Assembly (NCBI RefSeq): GCF_001194135.2
Contig: NC_068996.1
Location: 43,980,406 to 44,044,405 of the forward strand
Origin: Octopus bimaculoides
Lineage: Eukaryota
Length of the DNA: 64,000 bases
Direction of reading: 5' to 3'
Of the stretch, positions 1-12,539 are shown in pieces. The first letter of the stretch is position 1. Each line of letters starts with the position of its first letter. A model generated the notes under the pieces. That model was not told the origin of the DNA. It ran no database searches and worked only from the letters and a program-made list of their open reading frames with translations. A program made the position numbers and the translations under genes.

Positions 1-380
1 TCGAAATGATCATAGGTCATAATAAAGTCTTTACAATTTTGGCATAGTTTCTACAGCTGGATGCCCTCCCTAATGCCAACCACTCCAAGAGTGTAGTGGA
101 TGCTTTTACATGCCACCGGCACGAGGGCCAGTCAGGCGGTACTGGCAATGGCCACACACAAAATGGTGTTTTTTATGTGCCACCTGCACGGGAGCCAGTC
201 CAGCGGCACTGGCAATGACCTCTCTCGAATGTTTTCTAACGTGCCAGTAAGGCGATGCTGGTAACGATCATGCTCAAATGGTGCTATTTATGTGCCACTG
301 GCATGGATGCCAGACAGCTGCTCTGGCAATGATCACGCTCAGATGATGTTAGTGCTCCACTGGCACAGGTGCCAGTCTCT
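1..380 (-). mobile_element. SINE-like repeat, family C (truncated by window edge)
   Basis: Shares TTTCTACAGCTGGATGCCCT..CTAA.GCCAACCACT...TGCTTTTA..TGCCACCGGCAC with copies at 13.3, 30.7, 32.5 and 54.7 kb. Confidence 0.75.
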
Positions 381-1846
381 TTTTAGAATGACATTGTAGG
401 GTAGCCGTGAGAGTCTGGATCAAGCTGGTTTGAGCATAGAGCAAGTAGAACATCTGGGCCTGATGTGGCTAGTTTAAATGCTAAGTATTAATTTTTTTAG
501 TTAAGAGGGAAGACTTGTGGAAACATGGGCAGAATGCTTGCAACAGAATAGACTCAATTAAAAGCAGCAAAGGTGCCAGGTAGTGGCAAAGGATCAATTC
601 CCTCATCCAAGTAAGTCATGGCAAGATTTGAGCTCAGAATGCAAAGATCCTGAATAAATACCACCAAGAATTCAGTCCAACATGCTTCTGGTTCTACCAA
701 TCCACTGTTCTGGTTTGGTATGTTTTTATTAACTCTGAAAGGATCACAGAATAGACGCATGCATACACACACACACACACACACACATTCACACTAGGTA
801 AGCAAATCTATGCAAACTTTGGCCTTTTTTGTATGAATATGTGTAAAATATATATTTGTAGATATGTATATATTTAAAATTACCATAAACTTTTAAATGA
901 GTTGCTATATATATATACTGAAATATTTTCATTTTGTTGGTTGTACAGTTTGAGAATTTTCAGGTAACTTTTTGTACCCCTGTCTCAAAATACCCCAATT
1001 AGGACACACCTGGCAATGCACAGGGTCCTTTACATGCACAACCATAGCATGTATGGATTGGCATTGGGCCTCCAGAACTATGAGGTCTTTGGGTAGTTGC
1101 CTAGCATACCGATTCCTGCATATGTGCACACACACACACACACACACTGTTGTTTGAAGAGGCCAAAGTTATGATCAGAAAAAGCCTAGAAATAAATTTA
1201 AGCTTTCAGACTTTAATTTCTTCTTCAAAAATTGTTTTTTCATTTTCTATTCTCTCTCTCTCTCTCTCTCTCTCTNNNNNNNNNNNNNNNNNNNNNNNNN
1301 NNNNNNNNNNNNNNNNNNNNNNNNNNNNNNNNNNNNNNNNNNNNNNNNNNNNNNNNNNNNNNNNNNNNNNNNNNNNNNNNNNNNNNNNNNNNNNNNNNNN
1401 NNNNNNNNNNNNNNNNNNNNNNNNNNNNNNNNNNNNNNNNNNNNNNNNNNNNNNNNNNNNNNNNNNNNNNNNNNNNNNNNNNNNNNNNNNNNNNNNNNNN
1501 NNNNNNNNNNNNNNNNNNNNNNNNNNNNNNNNNNNNNNNNNNNNNNNNNNNNNNNNNNNNNNNNNNNNNNNNNNNNNNNNNNNNNNNNNNNNNNNNNNNN
1601 NNNNNNNNNNNNNNNNNNNNNNNNNNNNNNNNNNNNNNNNNNNNNNNNNNNNNNNNNNNNNNNNNNNNNNNNNNNNNNNNNNNNNNNNNNNNNNNNNNNN
1701 NNNNNNNNNNNTGGTCTTTGTCTTATAAGTAAAGCAGGCTCCCAGAAAAATTGATTATCTATATATATAAAATAATTACTAAATCTGTGCCATGAAAAAA
1801 TCTTAATGACTGACTCTGGTCAGCCCTGTGCATTCCCTTAATTTCT

Positions 1847-2078
1847 TGTTTCTTTATTGCCCACAAGGGGCTAAACATAGAGGGGACAAACAAGGACAGA
1901 CAAAGGGATTAAGTCGATTACATCGACCCCAGTGCATAACTGGTACTTAATTTATCGACCCCAAAAGGATGAAAAGCAAAGTCGACCTCGGCGGAATTTG
2001 AACTCAGAACGTAACAGCAGACGGAAATACTGCTGAGCATTTCGCCCGGCGTGCTAACGTTTCTGCCAGCTCGTCGCC
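1847..2078 (-). mobile_element. tRNA-derived SINE, family A, full length
   Basis: Reverse complement of the family-A consensus seen intact at 27967-28200; flanked by a direct repeat CTTAATTTCT (1837-1846 and 2078-2087), consistent with a TSD. Confidence 0.85.
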
Positions 2079-2164
2079 TTAATTTCTATTACTCAGTCCT
2101 AGGAGTACATGCACCCTGGTTACCAATCTTCTAGACTAGAGAAAACAATATATATATATATATA

Positions 2165-3849
2165 CTAGCAGAGATACCCGGCGTTGCCCATGTTACTTGC
2201 AATGGAAGAATTAGAGTTTTCTGTTATATTTTCTCTAATGAACCAGAATACCTATGATTCGAATTTCATCAAAATTGCAGATGAGGGTTCTTTCCCTCTT
2301 TACACACCATAAAAACATTCTAATCATGACACATGTATCCCATACTACTGATCTTTATGCGCAGATTCCAAAATTCCAGTCTTATGGAACATGTTAAAAG
2401 GATTTTGCTCTTGAAAATTGGAGGTCATGGAGCTCTAAAATGTGGGAGTTAAGGCCCCTATTGGGGGTGGGTGTCTTAATGTCAACCAGAGAAGTTGAAT
2501 TGTTGAGAATCTTTTTAACTTGGGTCTTATATGTATTGTTCGAATTTCTTTGAAATAGGAAATATATGTATGTTCACTGGGTTTGTAAAAGAGAGCAAAG
2601 CTACAGGAAACCAAAAGATGAATGATCACAATAAGCAGTCAGCTTCCCTACTGTAGTCATTACCACTCCCAATGTAGGATTCCTCACCATACAGGTGACA
2701 GGCACAGCTGTAAGATGCATTACGGGATCTATAGCAATTGGAAGGGCGTGACCCAACTCAAATAAACATTAACTGTGTGATGTGAGGGCTTAGGGGAAAT
2801 AAAAGTGTCACCTCTAGAGTTTGCAACTGACTGCTATACCGATAGGTAACTGGTCAATAAATTTGCAATCTATAAATGTCTTTGAATAACCAGTCACTCA
2901 TCTGGGAAGGCCTTGAAATCAATGTTACCAACTGGGGACTATATGTGACCCAGTGATAATAAAAAGACTCAGAGGAGGTCTGCAAGGAAATAACTTTACT
3001 CAACACTTTGCAACTGAATCAGTGGAGGCAAAGATGCGTCTCATTTACTTGACAATTTATGCACCACATTGCAGAAATCACAATGTAAGTATATCTGAAA
3101 GGATAGTCTTACACTGATGTACCGTTGAATTACAAATAACGCTTATCTTTTGTGCTCAGGTGACCCTACAGCTTATAGAGTACAACTGTATTCATCTTTG
3201 CTTAGATAAAATAACTAAATTGTGGGTGTTAATTCCCCATGAAGAGGTTTCTGTAACTTCTAAGAAGATGAAATTTTAGAAATATTACTTTATTTGTGTG
3301 TAATCTGTATGGTTAAAATTTCATCAACAGCAAAAATATATGAATCTTGATGGGGGTTTATGGCCCTTATGCATAGAATATAATTTCCAAATTTCATAAA
3401 GATCCATTCAGTACCTTTGACCTTGTTTTGGATCATAAAAAATGACTAAAATTTGGGAGCTAACGCCCCCATTAGGGTATCTTAGAATCTTCATGAGAAG
3501 TGTAAAGTTTGAGAATACTTATTGATGTATGTCAATTACCCATGGTTGAAATTTTATCAACATCGAAAATTTATGAATTTTCATAGGCGTTCTGCCCCCT
3601 TTAAGCCATCTCAAATTCAAAGCAAACATACTGCATTATACCTGCCCTTATGCATTGAATCTAAGTTCCAAATATCATAAGGATCCATTCAGTAATTTTG
3701 ATCCATGAAATTGTATGAAACACACAGCATTACCCTTCTCCTTAGGCTTGGATTTTGTGTTCCAAATTTGATTAGGATCGGTGCAGTAGTTTTCGAATCT
3801 ATAAGTAACGCATGAACACACATAAAGACATTGACTTTTATATAACAGA
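2165..3849 (-). mobile_element. Non-autonomous Helitron with degenerate helicase remnant
   Basis: On the minus strand the 5' end reads A|TC(TGTTATATAAAA) at 3849. The 3' end reads GGCAACGCCGGG (hairpin remnant) TATCTCTG CTAG|T at 2165. These are canonical Helitron ends inserted in an AT site. Minus-strand 2747-2785 translates SHHTVNVYLSWVT, resembling the Pif1-type helicase motif SHGQLYVALSRV; IITGSH occurs at 2943-2960. Confidence 0.65.
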
Positions 3850-3989
3850 TATGAATATGCACATATACATACATGTATATATGTGTGTGTGTATTATACA
3901 CACACACACACACGCAAAGATAGATTGATAGATACAACTGAGTGCGCAAACAAAAATATGAGACACTGCCTAGTGCTTTTTTTTTATTT

Positions 3990-4272
3990 CGATAAGCCTG
4001 GTACTTATTCTATCAGTTTCTTCTTGTCAAACCAGTAAGTTATGGGGATGTAAATAAACCAACAGCACTTGTCAAGCAGTGATGAGGGAGAAACACAGAG
4101 ACAAAAACACACATACACTTACAGATATATATATATATATATATACGATTGATTTCTTTCAGTTTCTGTCTACAAAATCCACTCAAGGCTTTGGCTGGTC
4201 TGAGGCTATAAGTGGGACTGAACCTAGGACCATATTTTGGAACCAAGTTTCTTACCACACAGTCACACCTGC
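3990..4272 (-). mobile_element. SINE, family B (diverged)
   Basis: Matches the family-B body (TACTTATTCTATC...TTCTTTCAGTTTC.GTCTAC.AAATCCACTC..GGCTTTGG) with internal TA microsatellite. Confidence 0.75.
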
Positions 4273-4427
4273 ACCTATGTATATGTGTACATATTACATG
4301 TATATGTGTACATATTACATGTATATGTGTACATATTACATGTACATGTATACATATACATCTATATCTATACATAGACAGATATACATATACATGTATA
4401 TGTATATATATACATTTGTGCAGATGT

Positions 4428-4494
<67 letters not shown>

Positions 4495-4549
4495 CTATAT
4501 ATATTATATATATGTAAGTATGTATACGTGTATGTATGCTTGTATATAT

Positions 4550-4852
4550 ATGAGATAATAGTTTCGGTATTAAAGTGAAAATATCTGACATTGCAATAGA
4601 GAGATGTTATTGTTTCACTTTTGACACGTAATACTGAAATAGTGGAGGAGATATGATATTGCTCTGGGCTTGCACTAGGCAAGAAGTTAAAAAAAATTTG
4701 GGGCTTAAGACATTACATGGACCCTAAGTAAGGCATGTGTAAAATTTGAATGAAATTGGTTGTGTAGTTCTCAAGTTTTAGGGATTCACACAGACTGACA
4801 GACAGACACACATTCTCATCTTTATGTATATATATATGTATATATATATAGA
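4550..4852 (-). mobile_element. Helitron-like 5' terminal fragment
   Basis: Same type of end as at 3849: plus strand ...AAATTTGAATGAAATTGG...CAGACAGACACACATTCTCATCTTTATGTATAT...AGAT, i.e. A|TC on the minus strand. Confidence 0.45.
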
Positions 4853-5018
4853 TAATATATTATGCCATGGCTATTAAAAAAAAAAAGCCAAACATTATTT
4901 GCATTATTTACATTCGACAGATATTTGTCCTCATCTTGATGAGGAGAAATATCCATCAAATGTAAACAATGTACATAATTCCTCATCTCTTGAATATAGA
5001 ACTGTATTATTTGCAGTA

Positions 5019-5222
5019 CAGTAATGCCTCGAGTATCGCAGGCGTTACGTCCTCCACGATAGGTGAAAATCCGTGAAGTAGAAATAGTACTGTACTGTAT
5101 TTTTATTATTATTTTTATTTGTATATATTTATAATAAATGCAAAATAACACCACGGAGGAATCGAGGTGAGCTTAAGTAATAAACTGCGATCGGTGAACC
5201 GTGATGTGGCGAGGGATTACTG
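5019..5222. mobile_element. Tigger/pogo-like MITE
   Basis: TIRs CAGTAATGCCTCG / CGAGGGATTACTG with TA on both sides (5017-5018, 5223-5224); related copies at 6434-6596 and 29403-29865. Confidence 0.75.
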
Positions 5223-5369
5223 TATTTGTGTTTCTTTACATTCTGTGTTCTGATCTTGTAATGGTCAACTCTAACCATTGAGTATTAACAAGAATTTTGT
5301 ATGAATACTGAAAACTCATTCAATAAATTACAGCCCTCTCAAAATGTTTGTTGTCTTATCTTTGTTACT

Positions 5370-5765
5370 CACTTTTACTCTTTTACTTGTTTCAGTGGTG
5401 CTCCAGCATAGCCGCAGTTATTTGACTGCGGCCATGCTGGAGCACCGCCTTTAGTCGAGCAAATCAACCCCAGGACTTATTCTATCGGTCTCTTTTTGCC
5501 AAACCGCTAAGTTACGGGGACGTAAACACAACACCATCGGTTGTCAAGCGATGATGGGGAGACAAACACAGACACACACACACACATATATTTATATATA
5601 TACATATATACGACGGGCTTCTTTCAGTTTCCGTCTACCAAATCCACTCACAAGGCTTTGGTCGGCCCGAGGCTATAGTAGAAGACACTTACCCAAGGTG
5701 CCACGCAGTGGGACTGAACCCGGAACCATGTGGTTGGTAAGCAAGCTACTTACCACACAGCCACT
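5370..5765 (-). mobile_element. SINE, family B, near full length
   Basis: Reverse complement of head GGCTGTGTGGTAAGTAGCTTGCTTACCAACCACATGGTTCCGGGTTCAGTCCC through tail TGAAACAAGTAAAAGAGTAAAAG. Confidence 0.85.
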
Positions 5766-6074
5766 TGTTTTTTTATTTTTATTTGCTGTTTTATATTTCT
5801 CATAGTGAGAGTGACATGGAATTGTCTCACAGCTCAGGTGCAACAAATATCTGAAAGGATTTCTATTTATCTTTTACTTGTTTCAGTCATTGGACTATGG
5901 CCATGCTAGGGCACAACCTTAAAGGGTTTTTGTCTGTTAAATCAACCTCAGAAGTTAGTGTTTTTTAAAACCTAATACTTGTTCTATTAGTCATTTTTGC
6001 CAAGCCACTGTCACAGGAATGTAAACAAACCAACACTGGTTATCAAACAGTGGTCAAAGACATGCACATAAATA

Positions 6075-6400
6075 TATGAAAGACCCCCTTTGGTCATGAA
6101 TGACCTAGAGATTGCACCTAGAAAGTTCCCGTCTTGAGACACAAGGCTAGGTAAGGTTGGTTCTGGAAGACCAGCAGTCGCCCATGCATGCCAGACTCCC
6201 CTCTTCACACCACTGATGTTATCCAAGGAGAGGGTAAAAACCAATACAGCCTGGCACCTGTGACAATGAGTGAACTGGACCAATGTGAAATAAAAAGTCT
6301 TGCTCAAGAACACAGCACACAGTCCAGTCCAGGAATCAAACTCGCTGCCTCATGATTGTGAGCCTGAAGCCCGATGCTCTAGCCACTGAGCCATGTGTAT
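6075..6400 (-). mobile_element. tRNA/CORE-type SINE, family D
   Basis: Colinear with the 21858-22192 copy (TCATGA..GAC..AG.GATTGCACCTAG ... AAATAAA..GTCTTGCTCAAGAA.AC ... CTAGCCACTGAGCCATG). Confidence 0.7.
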
Positions 6401-6433
6401 GTGTGTGTGTGTGTGAGTGTGTACATACACACA

Positions 6434-6596
6434 CAGTAATCCCTTGACTATCACGGGTGTTATGTACCAAAACCCTCCACGATAAGTGAAAACGTGAAGT
6501 AGAAACAATACTGTATATATTTTTTACAATTATTTTTGTAATTTGTATATATTCATTTTATTATAAATGCATAATAACACCACAGAGGGATTACTG
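6434..6596. mobile_element. Tigger/pogo-like MITE
   Basis: TIRs CAGTAATCCCT / AGGGATTACTG; internal sequence similar to 5019-5222. Confidence 0.7.
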
Positions 6597-6753
6597 TGGT
6601 TGGCGTTAGGAAGGGCATCCAGCTGTAGAAACTCTGCCAAATTTAGATTGGAGCCTGGTGTTGCCATCCTGTTTCACCAGTCCTCAGTCAAGTCGTCCAA
6701 CCCATGCTAGCATGGAAAGCGGACGTTAAACGATGATGATGATGATGATGATG

Positions 6754-6774
<21 letters not shown>

Positions 6775-6784
<10 letters not shown>

Positions 6785-6968
6785 ATTTAGGGTATCTAAG
6801 AGATACCAACATGCTGAAAATAGCAGCCAAATCTTGACTCTAAACCACAATAAAATGTTCATATAGCACTCCTGTGCTATATGAACATTTTATTGTGGTT
6901 TAGAGTCAAGATTTGGCTGCTATTTTCAGCATGGCGGTATCTCTTAGATACCCTAAATTATAATTTTA
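6775..6968. repeat. Near-perfect fold-back palindrome (95-bp arms, 4-nt loop)
   Basis: 6775-6869 is the reverse complement of 6874-6968 apart from 2 adjacent mismatches; loop TCCT. Confidence 0.95.
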
Positions 6969-7540
6969 AATAGGTGTTACCTTTGATGGTTTTTATTCCC
7001 ATGATGGCCACTTGATAAAATCAATATTTAAATATCGATCTTATCCTTATAAATATATATATATATATGATGGATTCTCCCGTTGTTAGACGACATATAA
7101 GGGTTCAATAATTTCTTGCCAAACAACCACACAGATGATTTGTTTATAGTGATCAAATATTTGTGTAGACATAAGCTTACTCTCTCCATCAAATAGACAT
7201 TACCTGTACAGGTGTAACGAGGTGCCACATGTCAGATGACGAAATGATCGCAGAACAACGTGAAATGAAGTGTTTTGCTCAAGAACAACACAACCCCGAC
7301 CTGGAAATCAAACCCATGGTCTCGCAGTCGTGAATGCAACACCTTAACCACTAAGCTATGTGCCTCCACAATATACACATACATACACACACAATGAGCT
7401 TTGTTTAGTTCCTGTCTTCCTTATCCACTCAAAGGCTTTGCTTGGCCCAGGGTATTAGTAGACCGATGTGGTTGGAGAGCAAACTTTTTACCACACGGCC
7501 ACAACAGTGTTTATCAATTTTCACACTCTTATACATTGCC

Positions 7541-7852
7541 TGTCACATGTCTTAGTGGTTAGGGTAATTGGCTCGTGATCTTGAAGGTGTGAGTTCGATA
7601 CCCATCGGTGCATTGTGTCCTTGGGCAAGGCACTTTATTTCACGTTGCTGCAGTTCACTCAGCTGGCAAAAAATGAGTAGTACCTCTATTTCAAAGGGTC
7701 ATTCTGTGTCACGCTGAATCTCCCCGAAAACTATGTTAAGAGTCCACATGTCTGTGGAGTGCTCAGCCCCTTGCATGTAATTTCACGAGCAGGTTGACCA
7801 GATCAAATGGAACTCTTGTCATTGTAACCAAGAGAATGCCAGTTATTAATTA
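7541..7852 (+). mobile_element. tRNA/CORE-type SINE, family E
   Basis: Head CTTAGTGGTTAGGG...GAGTTCGATACC, CORE-like CCTTGGGCAAGGCACTT, tail shared with 12980-13272 and 55428-55820; TACATTGCC direct repeat flanks it. Confidence 0.75.
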
Positions 7853-7884
7853 TTACATTGCCTATATACAATATCTTTGGTTGC

Positions 7885-8100
7885 TAAGGCGGTGAGCTGG
7901 CAGAATCGTTTGCACGCCAGATGAAATGCTTAGTGGTATTTCATCTGCCGTCACGTTCTGAGCTCAAATTCCACCGAGGTCGACTTTGCCTTTCATCCTT
8001 TTGAGATCAATTAAATAAATACCAGTTACGCACTGGGGTTGATGTAATCGACTTAATCCATTCGTCCTTGTTTGTCCCCTGTGGGTAATAAAGAAATAAA
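7885..8100 (+). mobile_element. SINE, family A
   Basis: GGCGGTGAGCTGGCAGAATCGTT...GAGGTCGACTTTGCCTTTCATCC...GGGTAATAAAGAAATAA. Confidence 0.85.
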
Positions 8101-8722
8101 TATCTTTGGTCTCTGACTTGTTTTACATCCACTTTTCAATGCTAGCATGGGTCAGATGAGTACCAATTACTGAAGCATTGTTTTCTTCCTACTAACCCAG
8201 ATTTGTTTGGGCTTTGTTCAAAAGCACACAGTGAGTGGATGATTTGTTAACATGAAATGTCATAAAATGTTCTTTATTTGTAGTTTAATGTAATAATTTC
8301 CACAGGTAAACACACACACACACCTTCTATCATTACTGTATTTCAATCTGTACTGTGGCCATGCTGGGGCACTGCCTTGAAGGGTTTAATTGAACAAATC
8401 GACTCAAATTTTTTTGTTTTTATTAAATCTGGTCTGCAGCCATGCTGGAGCACCGCCTTTAGTTGAGCAAATCGACCCCAGGACATATTCTTCGTAAGCC
8501 TAGTACTTATTCTATTTGTCTCTTTTGCTGAACTGCTAAGTTACGGGGACGTAAACACGCCAGCATCGGTTGTCAAACGATGTTGTGGAGACAAACACAG
8601 ACACACAAACATATACACACATATACGTATATATATATATATACATATATATACTTATCAATAAATATATTTGGTTCAGTATTTCATATACATCTTAGAT
8701 ATGAGGAATATATGTATGTATG

Positions 8723-8777
<55 letters not shown>

Positions 8778-8778
8778 G

Positions 8779-8809
<31 letters not shown>

Positions 8810-9297
8810 ATACACACACACATATATATATATATATGTATATATGTATGTTTCTATGTATGTATGTATGAATATATGTATTATGTGTGTGTGTGTGTAA
8901 ATACAAGTTGTGCAGCGAGCTGCTGGTAATGTGTTCTAGGATCCTGATTGACATTTACCATACGTCAAGATATTGGAAACAGCTACTGTAGGTGACTGTA
9001 TCCTCCGTATATGAATTTATATAGGAGAAGCTGTTGAAAGAGACAGAGAGAATGAGAGGTAAGAACTGAGATGAAGAGAGAGAGAGAGAAAGATTGTGTA
9101 TGCTTGTATATGAGTGGGTGGATGCATGTAAATGGTATAACATGATAAACAAACAACAGACCAGGACAGAAGGAGAGACAGAGAAAGGAACAGAGGGAGA
9201 AAGACTGATAAATAGACAGACATACAGACATATAAACTGACTGATAGGCAGACAGACAGACAGTTAAAGAAACAGACAGACAGATATGCAGGCAAGC

Positions 9298-9328
<31 letters not shown>

Positions 9329-9503
9329 CAGCGAGATAGAAGACAGACAGACAGACAGATAGATAGATAGGGAGATAGATAGGTCATTGAACCAAGGCAA
9401 TTTGGTTTCTGTTTCAGCAATACATAAAAATAAAACAAATAATTCAAACAGTGGATAATTGTAGTGTTTGAAAGCTATAAATAAATAGAAAGATAGACAT
9501 TTG

Positions 9504-9536
<33 letters not shown>

Positions 9537-11242
9537 AGAAAGAGATGTACATCACTAAATCACTAAATAGGCTAGAAAGGAATAGCCAGATACATGAGCA
9601 GACATATCAAGATCCATGTATCTGTCTTTCTTTTTATCTGCTCTTAATATGCTAGCTAGCTCAGCTAACTACCTAGATGAACAGATACAAAGGCGGGAAA
9701 TAAATGTATACGTACTGGGGGCGAATGGTATTTTTATTAGGAATGAGAGAAAATCTTGATTCTCTACTGGACTGGTTAGTTTGATCCACCCACCTCTTGT
9801 GCTAGAATTATCAGTAAATTTAATCCTAGCACAAAAAGCGAGAGAATCAAAGCTAGGATTATCAGTAAGACTGGCTTACTGCTTTGACTGGCTTCTGTGC
9901 TGGTGGCACGTAAAAAGCACCATCTGATCATGGTCGATGCCAGCTCCTCTGGCCCCTGTGCTGGTGGCATGTAAAAAGCACCCACTACACTCTCGAAGTG
10001 GTTGGCGTTAAGAAAGGCATCCAGCTGTAGAAACACTGCCAGATTGGGACCTAGTGCAGCCTCCTGGCTTCCCAGACCCCAGTCGAACTGTCCAACCCAT
10101 GCCAGCATGGAAAACGGACGTTAAACGATGATGATGATGATGATGGGAGTGGAGAGAGTGCGAATTGTGAGAGCATTGTATTAAATAATCTGTATTTGCT
10201 CTGACTGCTTGTACTCTGAGTTCAAATCACACCAAGACAAATTTTACTTTTCATCTATTCAGGGGCAGCGGATTAGCAGAAATGTTTAGAAACGTTAGCC
10301 CACCGAGTGAAATGCTTAGCGGTATTTCATCTGCTGTTACGTTCTGAGTTCAAATTCCGCCAAGGTCGACTTTGCCTTTCATCCTTTTGGGGTCAATAAA
10401 TTAAGTACCAGTTACACACTGGGGTCGATGTAATCGACTAAATCTCTTTGTCTGTCCTTATTTGTCCCCTCTATGTTTAGCCCCTTGTGGGCAATANNNN
10501 NNNNNNNNNNNNNNNNNNNNNNNNNNNNNNNNNNNNNNNNNNNNNNNNNNNNNNNNNNNNNNNNNNNNNNNNNNNNNNNNNNNNNNNNNNNNNNNNNNNN
10601 NNNNNNNNNNNNNNNNNNNNNNNNNNNNNNNNNNNNNNNNNNNNNNNNNNNNNNNNNNNNNNNNNNNNNNNNNNNNNNNNNNNNNNNNNNNNNNNNNNNN
10701 NNNNNNNNNNNNNNNNNNNNNNNNNNNNNNNNNNNNNNNNNNNNNNNNNNNNNNNNNNNNNNNNNNNNNNNNNNNNNNNNNNNNNNNNNNNNNNNNNNNN
10801 NNNNNNNNNNNNNNNNNNNNNNNNNNNNNNNNNNNNNNNNNNNNNNNNNNNNNNNNNNNNNNNNNNNNNNNNNNNNNNNNNNNNNNNNNNNNNNNNNNNN
10901 NNNNNNNNNNNNNNNNNNNACCCCAGGACTTATTTTTTGTAAGCCTAGTACTTATTCTATCGGTCATTTTTGCCGAACCACTAAGTTACGGGGACGTAAA
11001 CACACCAGCATCGGTTGTCAAGTGATGTTGGGGAGACAAATACAGACACACAAACATACACATATATATATATATATATACATATATACGACAGGCTTCT
11101 TTCAGTTTCTGTCTACCAAATCCACTCACAAGGCTTTGGTCGACCCGAGGCTATAGTAGAAAGACACTTGCCCAAGGTGCCACGCAGTGGGACTGAACCC
11201 GGGACCATGTGGTTGGTAAACAAGCTACTTACCACACAGCCA

Positions 11243-11368
11243 AAAAATTTTTTCATGGACCATTAATAAATTAGTGTGGATCCTCAGTTTATTATTTTGC
11301 TTGCATAGACCCCCAAAAATCTTATATGAATCTTCAGTGTCCATATGGTCCCTGGTTGAGAATCACTG
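11243..11368. mobile_element. hAT-type MITE, right end only
   Basis: Ends ...GGTCCCTGGTTGAGAATCACTG, a Charlie-like TIR. The left end is not visible because a SINE B copy and a gap precede it. Confidence 0.45.
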
Positions 11369-11677
11369 GTTTAGGGGGTCGGGCAAGATACAGTAAGGCT
11401 CTTTGCAGTCTGATACACCACTGCCTGTAACGACATTGGGGCCAAACTATATCAGCCAACTCTGTGGGATTTTTTTCTTGGATAAACATTGACTTGGAAG
11501 TATAAGCACTTGCCATATTTGTCCAGGCCTGTGCATACATGAATGTGCAGTGGCACAGTCCACCTTGATCAACAAAGAAACTAAAGTAGATCCAACTTTG
11601 CAACAGAAAATTATAATGAATTGACAAAACAATTAAAACTGTTATGGGCAAATGAAGGAGCCTGCACATGGTCATTC

Positions 11678-11996
11678 AGCCTGCTAGAAACAGCAGTCAA
11701 ATTTCATTCCAATCAACCTGTTACAAACAATAGTCACATTTCCCCCAAACTGATCTGATAGAAAGAATATTCAAATTTCCCTTGAATTGGCCTGCTAGAA
11801 ACAACAACCGAATTTCCCTCAAATCAACCTACCACCTACCAGAAGATATTCAAATTTCACTCAAACTGACCTGCTAGAAACAGCAGTCAAGTTTCCTTCA
11901 AACCAACTTGCTAGAAATAATAGTCAAATTTCCCTGAAATTGACCTGCTAGAAACAACAGCCAAATTTCCATCAAATCGACCTGCTAGAAACAAGA
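11678..11996. repeat. Degenerate tandem array of a ~36-bp unit (ACCTGCTAGAAACAACAGTCAAATTTCCCTCAAATC-like)
   Basis: CTGCTAGAAA/TTGCTAGAAA recurs at least six times, with ~36-bp spacing between 11870 and 11995. Confidence 0.8.
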
Positions 11997-12242
11997 TTCA
12001 GATCCATTGTTGCCTAAGTTTCTTCATGGTGAACATCCATTGCTCTTCTTATAGTTTGTGTGTGGATACTGTCCTTGTTTGGATAAACAAAATTGAGTGA
12101 ACGATTGACAACCTCATGAGTGTAGAATTTGCCAAGACCTGCACTGGAAGCCCACTCATCAGGTATAAACATGTTGTATGAAATTTTGGTGTGTCATTGG
12201 TGTTGCTTCCAGTTCTGTTTTCTATGCTGGTATGGGTTAGAT

Positions 12243-12539
12243 CAGGGGTTTTCAAACAGTGGTCCGCGGACCACAGGAGGTCCGCAAGGACAAGACAGGG
12301 GGTCCGTAGACAGCAAATGCTTTTTATGGGCAATTTGATTTTATATATGTTTTTTAATCGAAATTTTTCAATTGACAATAAACCTATTTGTTAAATACTG
12401 TTAAATAAATAAATGTAAAAATATATGTTATTTTAAGCAAATATTTATGTATAAATTTCATAAGCGTTTATAAGGGGGTCCCTAAGGTAAAACCTGAAAT
12501 ATAAAGGGGTCTGCAAGTCAAAAAGTTTGAAAACCCCTG
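12243..12539. mobile_element. hAT (Charlie-like) MITE inserted in an older SINE-like repeat
   Basis: Perfect 15-bp TIRs CAGGGGTTTTCAAAC / GTTTGAAAACCCCTG; exact 8-bp TSD GGTTAGAT (12235-12242, 12540-12547). Confidence 0.9.

Noticed and set aside
929-1147. Minus-strand ORF RYARQLPKDLIVLEAQCQSIHAMVVHVKDPVHCQVCPNW...
   Set aside because: No pyrimidine-rich acceptor and no recognisable domain; the DNA resembles the degenerate repeat units at 39030-39420.
5551-5805. Recurrent peptide RRASFSFRLPNPLTRLWSARGYSRRHLPKVPRSGTEPGTMWLVSKLLTTQP in many ORFs
   Set aside because: It is the antisense reading of SINE family B, repeated because the SINE is repeated; not a gene family.
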